From positions 47,003,741 through 47,067,740 of the forward strand of contig CM041465.1 in assembly GCA_023213395.1 (NCBI GenBank): DNA of 64,000 nt, written 5' to 3'. A model generated the notes under the pieces. The model was not told where the DNA came from, did no database searches, and worked only from the letters and a program-made list of their open reading frames with translations. Below are positions 13,853 to 25,515 of the stretch, one piece after another. Source of the stretch: Cycas panzhihuaensis. Lineage: Eukaryota > Plantae > Cycadophyta. Made by a program: the position numbers and the translations under genes. Position 1 is the stretch's first letter; every line of letters starts with the position of its first letter.

Positions 13853-16790
13853 ATGAATATACTAAGCCACATACTAGAGAATGCAATTGTTTATCAAATC
13901 CAAAATATTAATGAACATCCTGAATATCCAGAATATTTCTATGAAATTACTAAAGGAAATCAAACAATATTACAAGATCTAGCATATAGATTTCAAAATA
14001 AAATCCATTATGAAGAAGCACCCCAACAACTTATAAATTTAGGATCTGAACATAATAAGCAAATGATTATGTTGGGAAAAACCTGGGATCCAATGTTGGT
14101 AGTAGCAGCAACAATTTTTTTTATAAAATACAAGGATGTTTTTCCTTGGATATACAAAGATCTAAAAGGAATACCAAAATAATTATGTGAACATAAAATT
14201 GAACTAATACTAGGATCTAAACTAGTAAAACACAGACTGTACATAATGAATCCCACATGCGTGGAACAAGTGGATGCTAAAATTAAGAAAATGTTAGATT
14301 CACACATTATATTCAAGGTTGAAACTAGTGACTGGGTATCCCTAATAGTGGTAGTTCCTAAGAAAAATAGGAAATTACATATCTACATAGATTTTCATAA
14401 GTTAAATATAGTAATTCGTAAGGATCCATTTCCTATACGATTTACCGATACGATATTGGAAGAAGTGGTCGGACATGAAGTATATTCATTCTTAGATGGG
14501 TTTTTAGGATATAATCAAATTAGTATTATAGAAAAAGATAAATTAAAAACCATGTTTATTACCCAAACTAGAATATTTGCATACAATGAGATGTTATTTA
14601 GCTTATGTAATACACCAACCACCTTTCAACGAATAATCATATATGTGTTTGACCAAACTTAGTGAAAGTATTTTTGGATGATTTGTCTATCTATGAAAAC
14701 ATGGAAAACCACCTACCCTTATTAATAGAATATTTGGAGATCTATCAGAAAATGAGATTATCACTAAATCTTTAAAAATGTCAGTTTTTAGTTCCATATG
14801 GGAAATTATTAGGCCATATTATATGTGCTTGCAGACTAAAAATAGATCCAAACAAAATTGGAGTTATTATGAATTTAGCACCACCATTAAACAACATAAA
14901 GGTGTGAATCTTTCTCAGACACATAAGGTATTACCATTTATTTATAAAGGGATTTATGTATATTATACATCCCTTAGAAGAATTGCTAAGGAAGGGTATA
15001 AGTTTCACTTGGGGGGACAAACAGTAAATAGCTTTTGACCACCTTAAAAATAGACTAGTTACAGCTCTGATCTTAGCCCACTTGGACTAGACAAAAGAAT
15101 TCCATATTCATGTAGACACATTGCAAATAGAAATTAGGTATACACTTGCTCAAGAAGGAGTTCACAAGTTAGACTCGCCTATTTATTTTGGCAACAGATA
15201 TATAAACAAAGTAGAAGATAATTATTCAACTACATAGAGGGAAGCATTAGGAATGAGCTATGCTATATAAAAATTTTGACATTATTTATTAGCAAACCCT
15301 TTCATACTTTTTGTAGATCACCAAGCCCTTTTATATACAATTAATAAGACTATAATACAAGGAAGGATAAATCAATGGTTGTTGTTACTATAAGAGTTCA
15401 ACTTCAGAATAGTAGTTTGACCAAGATGTACCTATGTTATTGTTGATCATTTATTAAGAATTCAAATAGGAGAGGAACCTTTTAGCATAAAAGATGATTT
15501 TTCAAATGTAGAACTTTTCTAAGTAATCATCTCACCTCCAAACTATGAGGGTATAACAAGATATATTAGTTCTAGTTCTTTTCCCATAGATATGTCTTCA
15601 CAACAACAAAAAGAGTTGATAAAGAAAGTGGCACCTTATTAACTAATAGGAGGAATTTTATATAAACTAGGGAAAGATTACATTCTAAGACGTTGTGTAA
15701 TACCTAAAGAAATACCAATTATATTTACTAAAGCTCATAAGGGAACTATAGGTGGTCATTTAGGTCCTAAAAGTATGGCCAGAAAAATATTGCTATTAGG
15801 ATTATGGTGGCCACAATTATATAAGGACATAAAAGAATTTGTACCAAAGTGTGATAATTATCAACGAATGGGATGACCCCTTGAATATGATTTTATACCC
15901 TTACAACCATCATTGGCTCAAGGAGTTTTTAAGTGATGGGGGTTAGACTTCATCGAGCCTTCCAAACATGCTACATAAACAACTCTGGAAAAATATATTA
16001 TAGTAGCAACAAATTATCTTACAAAGTGGATCGAGGTGAAGGCACTTAGGGATAATTCAACACATAGTACAATGGTGTTTCTCTATGAAAATATTATCAT
16101 AAGATTTGGATGTGCATTGGAATTGGTAAGCAATAGGGGAACATATTATATAAATGAAATAATTTATTGTCTGACTTAAGAGTTTATGATTACACATCAT
16201 AAATTGACATCCTACTACCCACGAGTAAATGGAAAAGCTAAGTTAAGTAATAAAATAATAATAACAATGCTAACAAAGTTATGCAATGCAAATAGAAATG
16301 ATTGGGTGGAACACCTACATTCAGTATTATAGGCTTTTAGGATGGCCTATAAAACTTCAACTGGTCACACATCGTTCCAGTTAGTCTATGGAATAGAAGC
16401 AATACTCCCTATAGAATTTATAGTACTAAGTCTATGAGTAGTAGTTCAGCAAAGATGGTAAGATGTAACTAGTCTTCAAAATCAATTAGAAGCTATTCTT
16501 AACCTTAACAAAAAATGACAATAGGCATAGTGGGTGATGAATGGAGTATAACAACAAAGGAAGCAATGGCATGACAAGAAATTACATCTAAAAATATTTA
16601 AAGAAGGAGATTTGGTTCTTCAATATGATGGTAAATAATTTGTAAAACCTTGTAAGCTTAAGGTTTGTTGGCTCGGTCTATTTTTAGTCAAAAAAAATTT
16701 TGAAAATAGCTTGGTGGAGAACACACATCAACAAGGATGGACAATCAGTTGTGGTCAATGGATAAAAAATTAAGTTATATAAGTACAACC
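13853..16790 (+). pseudogene. pol (RT-RNase H-integrase) of element A
   Basis: YKDVFPWIYKDLKGIP, KDPFPIRFTDTILEEVVGHEVYSFLDGFLGYNQI, VFLDD, EFHIHVD, VDHQALLY, KWIEVKAL, YYPRVNG and WLGLFLV are recognisable. Many in-frame stops. Confidence 0.92.
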
Positions 16791-17692
16791 AACACGAGAT
16801 AAGTACATCAATAAGATGATCACCACTCTAAAATAAGCGAGTGCTCCAAATTCCTCTCTTTGTTATAAGAGGTCCATGTTTATCATTAGAATATAAGGCC
16901 AATTTTAGGTGTCTTCCACTTGTTGTTAAGCATGCTTGGCCTAGAATAATATCAGGATAGGTGACCTCTGGGGAAATCTGAGTATTGTACCATGTCTTAA
17001 TTTCTTTAGTGTAAAAAAAGAAAATGAAAAGAAAAAAGAAAAGAGTATAAGTAAATATTTAAAAAAAAAATAAAGAATAAAGAGTATAAGCAAATTAAAA
17101 AAAAAAAAGAGCAGGGGGTCAGTGGCTAGAAGGTCAATCAACCAACTACCAACCGATCGATTGAATGGTGGTTGGTTTCCTATCAGCCAACTGCCAATTA
17201 GCTATATGACAGCCAATCAGCCATATAGTGGGCTAATCAACCAATTGTTAATCAACCGAATAGTGGATTGATCAGTCGATTGTCGATTGATTGGCTGCTG
17301 ATCAGTCAGTTGAGTGGGCTGATGGCCAGATGGCCAACCATGGGCCTTATGGTTTGCCCAAAACCATAGGCAAAAAAACCATAGGGAGCCCATGGATTTT
17401 GCCCATGATTAGGGGCAAAACCATAGGCTAATATTTCTCCTCCCCTTTGTAGAAAGACAAGAGGCCATTTGCATTGTATGAGTGGCCTCTCATACAATTT
17501 ATATAATGGGAGAAGTCAACATAGGCTAATGTTGAAGCTGAGGAGCTAACATTCATAGTCAAGGAGCTAGAAGCTAACATTCATAGTTAGAGAGCTAGCA
17601 TCCAAGTTTGTATTAGTAGTTTATTCATAGCTTAGAGGGCAACAATATCTAGATTTACAAGATTCACCTAGACTACTCTACCGTTCATAGAA

Positions 17693-19390
17693 TTGTCACA
17701 AAAAATAACCAAGGAAGAAATCGATATAGAGTCACCATTTGAGATTAGGGGTCATCAAACCAGTTGGCAATTACTAGATTCTCCAATACTCCAGAAATGG
17801 ATAGAACTAGAAGTTGAAGATCATAATGCTTTATTACGAGGGCAATTAACAAGTGCCAAAGTTGTTCAGGTAGTATCATTTCTAATTTTTTCTAAGAATT
17901 CCAAGAAGCTACAAGATGTATTACAAGGATATAACCTAGTAGATTGAGTACTAACAATTAATGGCAAAATCATAAGCGTGGAGCTAGAGGACATATCTAG
18001 ATTAACATGGTTTCCTAAGGAGGGACACGAAGTCAAGAAAGTAGGAAATTTAATAGAGTTAATAAAGGATTAGATCATTTAGGCAATATACAGAAGAGAA
18101 TTTTAAACTAAGCATGGGGGATGCAAAATTTTGGTAACTCACTTGAAGAACACAAACATTATGGTGGTTACAATTCTTATGTATATGAGGTTATTAGGAT
18201 AACAACATTGTAATGCGCTACCATGGTGGATGACTTCCTATTTGCAAGGGCTTATGAAGGGAACAATTTATAATTGGTCAGCTTTCATTTCAGAGAAGAT
18301 GAAAACATCTCTATATCAACTCATTATGGGAATACAATCAAGTTTTAATTTTACTTTATATCTACTTAGGTTATGTTATGAGAAATTCCACCTACTAGGG
18401 ATAGCTAGGAGCCTGACTATTTCATTACTTTTTGAATTCTATAAGGATTCCACGCTAAAGAAGAATTAACCAAAGACTCAAAGGGATGTCAGAATAGAGT
18501 AGAATAAGTATAAAATTGTAATGGTACGTGGAACAAATGAATCATCAAACACCTCAATTGATTTAGATGATTTAGACGAAGACTATATAGTAGATTACTA
18601 GGACTTCAATTGAAGTGGAGGGGAAGATGATGAACTAGATGAAGACAATGAGTCTATACCTACAAAAGAAGATGAAGACACTTATGCTACACCATATTTA
18701 AATATCCAGGCATCTCCTACTATTAATAGTGAAGTTGCAAGATGTGAATTAATGGGAGTAGTAAGTATAGGGGTCGTGATGCCACTTAGACTAGAGCAAG
18801 AAAATCCACTAGAACTAGGGAATGGGGAAAGGATAACAAACCCTATCACTACATATCAAACAATACTACAAGCACAAGAATCCTTTTTGAAGATAATGAA
18901 AGATAATTTTGAATAGTGACAAAATGATTTATAAGAAGAAAAGGAGTTAGCTTGCAAAATGGAAGAGTCGTTGTAGAAGAAAGATAATGAGTATACTCAG
19001 TTATTGAAAACAAATAAAGAAATATACAATCGAGAGATTCATCATATTCAAGGGATCAGTGCATTGGAAGATCACCTTTGCCACAGTGAGGAATGACTTT
19101 GAATTTTAGAAGAACATTGTCATCAGAATGAAGAATAGTTCTGAATCTTAAAGCAGCAAGTTAAGGAATTAATGAGCCAGATCAAAGAAGAAAAATCATA
19201 TCGACAACTAGTACTTTAGTGCGTTAAAGTAGTAAGTCGTGATCATCAGAAATGGTGTCGAAAGGTAGGATTAGACCCACTTTATTCTAGGGTATATTCA
19301 AGGCTAGCTTTGGGTGAAGTTTCAGATACACCTACTACTTCAGCTCCAGACCTAACTCCCATCCCAGATCAGGTAACAAATCCTGAGTGA
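17693..19390 (+). pseudogene. Degenerate extra (env-like position) ORF of element A
   Basis: Broken sense ORF between integrase and PPT, containing GTIYNWSAFISEKM, an acidic tract and a coiled-coil-like C-terminus. Confidence 0.65.
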
Positions 19391-19421
19391 GATGCTCAGA
19401 ACTTACAAAAGGGGGAATAGA

Positions 19422-19797
19422 TGTTAAGCATCAATTTTTTCAATGATGTCATTAAAAGGGAATTAGTTTCAAATTAGTTCAAGTTAGATATCAAATAATA
19501 TATGTTGATTCAAATATGTATATATATATATAATATGGGCAAATTGGGGGGGTATACGATGTGGCACATCTTGATCCTAGCGAATGGTTTTAAACTTACT
19601 TATGAACACATCCAACTCTTATATATCCTATTTTGATATAATATAAGCAATATTGCATACATTGTGTTGTGCTTCTTAGATGTCTATACTATGATTATTT
19701 ATACGTATATGGTGTGAATTATGTATGGATTAATTGAGTTGTGACTTTCTCTATCTCTCTCTTCCTAGTACGAACCCACAAATTTGAGAAGTAAACA
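19422..19797 (+). repeat. 3' LTR of element A
   Basis: Follows the PPT, has TG...CA ends and matches the 5' LTR. Confidence 0.9.
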
Positions 19798-20364
19798 TAT
19801 ACCCTACCATATAACAATCTAATATCTCACAATATCTTTAGTCATAATACTTATTTAGGCTCATCAATCCATAAGCATCTTAATTCTAGTAGACTCGGAT
19901 GCCCTTCATCTAACCAACTAATCTTCCTCAACTAATAATGCCTACTTATGGAGCCTAAAACATTTAATTATATATGAATCTAATAAGCTCTTATCAATTA
20001 CTTGCTTACTCAATGTGTATAGTTCCCCAATAGATTCAAAACCTTATAGTTTCCATTAGACCTTTGGCCTGGGTTACCACAAAATCTTATATAGACTACA
20101 AAATTAACATGTTAGTTGAGGATGCACTCATGACCATCCTCCCTCTCCAAATTCCTAAACCACCTATGTTCAATAGGATAATTTTCCAATATCATGAGAA
20201 GGCCCTCATCCCAACATACATAAACCACACAACACATGGAAACCCTCCTATGGTTAATATGCCTCTTCTTGACCTACTTATTATTAGCAACTTGGGCCCA
20301 CTTTTGAAAACCTTCTCTAACCAATTTCTTAAGTTCACTACTCCTTCTAATGGTGATGAGCATA

Positions 20365-20800
20365 TTTTAGACACTAATCCCTAAGAGGTCCCATAACCCC
20401 TTATTAATCCCTTAATTGACACAAATATAGATCTACCCTACACCTACTATCTAGTGGTGCTTGTCTTAGATTTAAACTACAATAAGAATGAAAAGACCTC
20501 CTTAAGCACTTGGTTAACACTAGTTCTTTTAAGGTTGATGAGCCTTTTGTCATCCTTTGTTTAAGGCCAATGTAAATCTACCCAAACTCATCATCCAATT
20601 GAGGTCATCTTGGGTGTAGACTATTTTAAGAGTGATGAAACCCTCCCTAAATACCTAGTCAACACCAATTCTTAAGAGGTTTATAAGCCTCTTGTTAATC
20701 CCTTGGCTAAGGCCAATACACATCTACACCAAACCTACCATCTTGGGGAGGTCATCTCAAGTATAAAATATATCGAGAGTGAAGAATCTCTTCTTAAGAT
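20365..20800. repeat. Degenerate ~145-bp tandem repeat, about 3 units
   Basis: Units start at ~20368, ~20512 and ~20657 (t.aacac.a.t.c...aaggccaat...atctac...gaggtcatct...agagtga). Confidence 0.7.
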
Positions 20801-21389
20801 CCTATCAAGTACTTCCTTAACCCCTCCATACACCCACCATGAGCTTGATCTCTACAAACTAGTTCTAACATGTGAACCTCCTATATAGTATCCCTACATT
20901 GAAGGGATCACCTTAGAGTGGGTTAACTCTCTTTTACCTGTACTGCTTAAGATCCTAGTGAGATTTGAGCAAAATCTTCCTACTTGTATTACTTTACTCT
21001 AAAGAAGATAATATGATGTTGAGAAGAGAGATAATCCATATTTATTTAGAGGTTGTTGACTAGCTCAAGATCGTACAACTTGGGGTAAAATTCATCCCTG
21101 AGGAGATTATCCAACCAAAGAAACTCTTCAAAGAGTCTTTTTCTATCTTCATCTATAATTACATTTATAATTAGGGACTCCATCTTGATGTTGCTTCTGA
21201 TAATGTTATAATCATCTTAAAGATTAAGCCTAAATATGACTTCCCCTTGACCTTCATTGACTAACTCATCGATCATATGATATAATTCAAAGTCTTATCC
21301 CTACCAAATGGATTCGTATTTATCTATGAGACTAGCATAGATTTGCTTTATAATGAGCCTAAAGTATAACATTCTCTACAATGAGGTTA

Positions 21390-21860
21390 AATTATAATTC
21401 CCCTTGAGTAAATCACTCAGGGGCACTATACTTTAAAATGATTATAAATTAATTAACACTCCACAATAAGTATAAAGTATTACCTATACTTTGTAAGGAG
21501 GGTAAATTATGATTTTACTTAAGTAAATCACTTTGGGGTGTAATACTCTGAGATAAGTATAAACTTATTAATATTCTAACATGAGTATTAACTACCACTT
21601 ACCCTTTGGCATAAGCTAAAAATGTAAGTTGAACTCTAACACAACTATAAATTATTATCTATGCTTCTATAACAAACCTAAACTATGACATTTTCCATAA
21701 TGAGGATAAACTATAACTCCTCTTGAGTAAATCGCTTAGGGGAACTAAACTATAAAATAAGTACAAGCTAAGTAATACTCCATAATAAGCCTAAACAATG
21801 ATTCCCATCGAGTAAATCACTTGGGGGCACTAAACTCTATTATGAATATAAACTAACTAA
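21390..21860. repeat. Irregular tandem repeat with core GAGTAAATCACTT.GGGGCACTA
   Basis: Four core copies at ~21405, ~21520, ~21725 and ~21811. Confidence 0.75.
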
Positions 21861-22889
21861 ACTTTGCAACTAGAATAAACTAGTTGGGTACTAGTTGACT
21901 TTGCATAAAGAGTAAGAAATAGCTTCCATTATGTTGTCACACACTTTAAATATACTCATAACATGAACACATTTATAAAAATATAATGTCCATCCACTAT
22001 CAAAATTAGAAACTAGGCTAAAGTTCTTATTGATTGTATTTTTAAGAACATGGATAAACAACCATACAAGTGAGCCAGGCCACTAACACTTACCTACCCA
22101 AAGCCCTTGATGCCTTGGACTAATACCCTAGTCCTATAACTTACCCAAGTTCCCCAACTAGTCCAACAACATCTCATGAGGACAAAATTAGTAATGCCTC
22201 TTAGATGATACTTCCATTAGTAACTACTCACTAAGTTACTCAGTGATATCTTAGTCTACCATCTTATGAATTTCCTTAAAAAAATAGTACTCTAAGACAA
22301 TCCCAAAGGAAACACTTTAATTGAATTCCTAATCAAGTCTATTTCACCAAAACCTGGCTTTTGGTTTGTATTTATGATTCTGGATATGCTTCTTGTATGG
22401 TTTCATGAAAAATGAATGATGGACTTGTTTAATGATAAATTAAGCTTGTTTTAATAAAGAAACGTACCGATTTTGCTTTTATGACATATGATGAATGATG
22501 ATGTGATGTGTATTTTACTATTACCTACTAATGACTGAGACTATGGCATTAAAATTTTTCTTCATGATCAATTTAATCTAATTTTTCCTTTAAAACTTGT
22601 TATTTTTAAGTTTTAGTCTTGATGTCACCTAATTTTTATTATTTTTACTCATTTTTAGGCGTGTGCTTATTGTTTTCATCTTGTTTCAGGCCTCTTTACT
22701 CATTTATAAAGTTATTTATACCTTATTTTATATTTAAAATTTAATTTTTGACTTTTTAATGAGCTAAATTTTACTTCTCTAATTATCACATTTTTTGTGT
22801 TACCAAAAAATGTAACCGGTTACGTTTTTAGAGTAAAGTCATATTTTTGGTAGATCCAAAAATATGACCAATTCTTTACTATAGTCCCA

Positions 22890-24535
22890 TATTGGTCTCT
22901 TCTCTCTCTAAATATCTGCTTTCTTGCATTGGTATGGATAATGTCCTAATTTGCCATAATGATAACATATATCAAAGGTTTTATGGGAACTAGCAAAATG
23001 ACTAATCTTACTGCAAATGTAATAGATCCTTAAGGAAATGTTATAGCCTCGTTCTCTTGAATATTACCAGCATCCACATGATGGAGTATGACTTTTAGAA
23101 GCTTTTCCTCTTTCCCTGCTTTATCCTCTAGTTCCCAGGTTTAATCTATATGCAAATACGTCTTTAAGTTCTCTTGCATCTTTATATCATTTATTTCTTT
23201 ACTCTTGATGTAGGAGTAGCCCTATCAATGTGTCCATTATTATTATTGCTATTTGATTTGCATTAGTAATAGTGTTTATTGTAACATCAAATGACTTAGG
23301 TAATTTGCTAACCACAAGTTCTACTAATGCATGATCTGTAATCAGATCACTTACACTAGAGAGATCATTTCTTAGTGAGATCACCTTATGTAAGAATTTT
23401 TTAATGGTTTCAGACTCCTTCATATGGAGTTTGAATGGTTCTTCTTTAAGGGCTATTATCTTAGCTCTATTATTTTGTCCAAATAAGTTTTCTAAATACT
23501 TCCAAATGCTTATAATGGAGTATAGATTCTCAATATAAATAAGAAGAGGATTATATATTGATAGTTTTAATATGATGACTCTAGTGTTATCCCTTTCTTC
23601 CCAATTAGTTTGGGTGGTCCCTACATCCTTAGGCTTGACTTCATCTCCCATAGTAATTTACCATGCATTTTTTGCTCTAAGAAGAGTTTCTACTTTGATT
23701 TTCCTTATATGATAATTGCTATCAGTGAGTTTGTCACTGTCAGATAGGGCCAAATTTGACAAATCCATTTTAAAGTAAAGGATAGGATTTTTGAAACCCT
23801 AGACCACATGATTATATAGATTTCTATATGGTATGGAAGTTATACAAATATGTACAAATTATACCTTGAAAGAGATCTCTTATAGAGGCAAATTAGGATA
23901 TGTGATTAGTTTTGAGATCTAACTTCAAATTAAAGAGAAAATAGCCTCAAAAGGCTAAGATTTTGGCTAGGGTTTTAGAGGAAATTTTCTTAGATTGATC
24001 AAAATAACCATAAAAAATATCAGAAATTGCTCTAGTGATGATCAAAATACTATAACAATGATTTTGCACTTGATCTTTAGTGAAAAAAATGCAAAAAACA
24101 AGAGATTTTTTACTCTATTCTTGCAAACCTGAGCAAACTTAATTTTGGCCAAAAAATGGCTAAAAATGGCCTTAGATTAATTTGATGTAGAAACTTACTT
24201 AGAATGGCCTGATCTATATTCTGGCTAAATTTTGTCTTGATCTAAGAACTTGAAAAAATTCATTTGTATGGCTATACGAATCTGCACTCTAGCTCTATAT
24301 GGCTTCAACTAAATCTTCTTTAGATTCTTTGAGTATCTTAGGACTCTTCCTCTTCAAACTTGTTCTTGAATCTTCTTCTTCTCTCTAGATCCTCTAAAGT
24401 CTTAGTCTGAACTCTTTTTGCTAGCTTCAAGATAGTCTTCCTCTTTAATAGGTCAAGGTATCCTACTCAGATACCATGTTGGACATGCATAATGACAAAA
24501 GAGAGAATGAATTCATTCATTATTGAAGATGCAAG

Positions 24536-24566
<31 letters not shown>

Positions 24567-24683
24567 GGTTTATAACCACCCTAGAACCAACTTGTAACTG
24601 AACTACCTCTAGATGACATGTGTTATATGGTTACATTAGGGTACATTAACTTACAACTTAGGATAAAATATTACATTATAATA
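22890..24683 (-). mobile_element. Truncated Ty1/copia element (5' LTR, PBS, gag), inserted in the 5' LTR of element D
   Basis: LTR 24477-24683 with (TAGT)n, PBS tggtatctgag at 24466-24476 (-), and gag KLTDSNYHI..KVETLLRAKNAW...KLHMKESETIKKFL...LPKSFD at ~23770-23000. Confidence 0.85.
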
Positions 24684-25515
24684 TTGAGATATGTGAGATG
24701 TACATATATCCATGATTATAGATTATTAGATGATGTAATAGCTCAAGAGAAACTATAGGCTACTCATGAGGTGAATAATTATATAAATATGTATACACAT
24801 CACTTAAGAACTTGAAAAAGGTTTTAGACTTGGAGATATACTTATTCTAATCATCAAGAGGACTTTAAACTCCATCTTCTCTTATAGTTTTTTTCACATT
24901 AGGTTTTCCATGTATAAATCTATTATCTCTCTTTCGATGAATACTTATGATGTTTATTCATGTATGCTTTATCTATTACATTACTTTACATTCATTTTTA
25001 TCCTTTAGATGTATACATATCTTATGAAATAATTTAATCATTACATACGTATGTTATATTTCACTATATTATACTCTATATTTCTAATTTGATATCAGAA
25101 TTTTAATTATAAATTATAACATGGTATTAGATCTATGGTTAGTTGAAAGATCTTGTGTAGTAAGAAGAAGCCTATACAAAGTTGATTAATGGGTAGTAAC
25201 TTAGTTAGTGACATAGCAGATATACGAGCCAGTTATAAGGTAAATTTAATGAGCTAAAAATTTGAATATATTACTAATTCCAGTGACATATGACCAAGAT
25301 CTAAGGGTTAATTGAAGTTGATGATGAAAATCTGCATATTGGATTAAAGCCACATACAAAGATAAATACATATAAAGCCACATATTAATACAACAAACTG
25401 ATGGTATGTTATTAAATTTATAATGGATATTTATTTTTCATGTGGTCCTATATTCTTAGGAACATATAGGTGTATTTGAAATTCATTTATAAAAGATTAC
25501 TTAAGTAGGATTATA

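Larger units (their letters stand above)
19802..22400 (+). mobile_element. Very old gypsy (Tat-like) remnant, probably the host of element A (upstream part ~3260-3768)
   Basis: RT fragment FPLTFID*LIDH at ~21240, an integrase-like fragment at ~22250 and internal tandem repeats. Confidence 0.5.
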
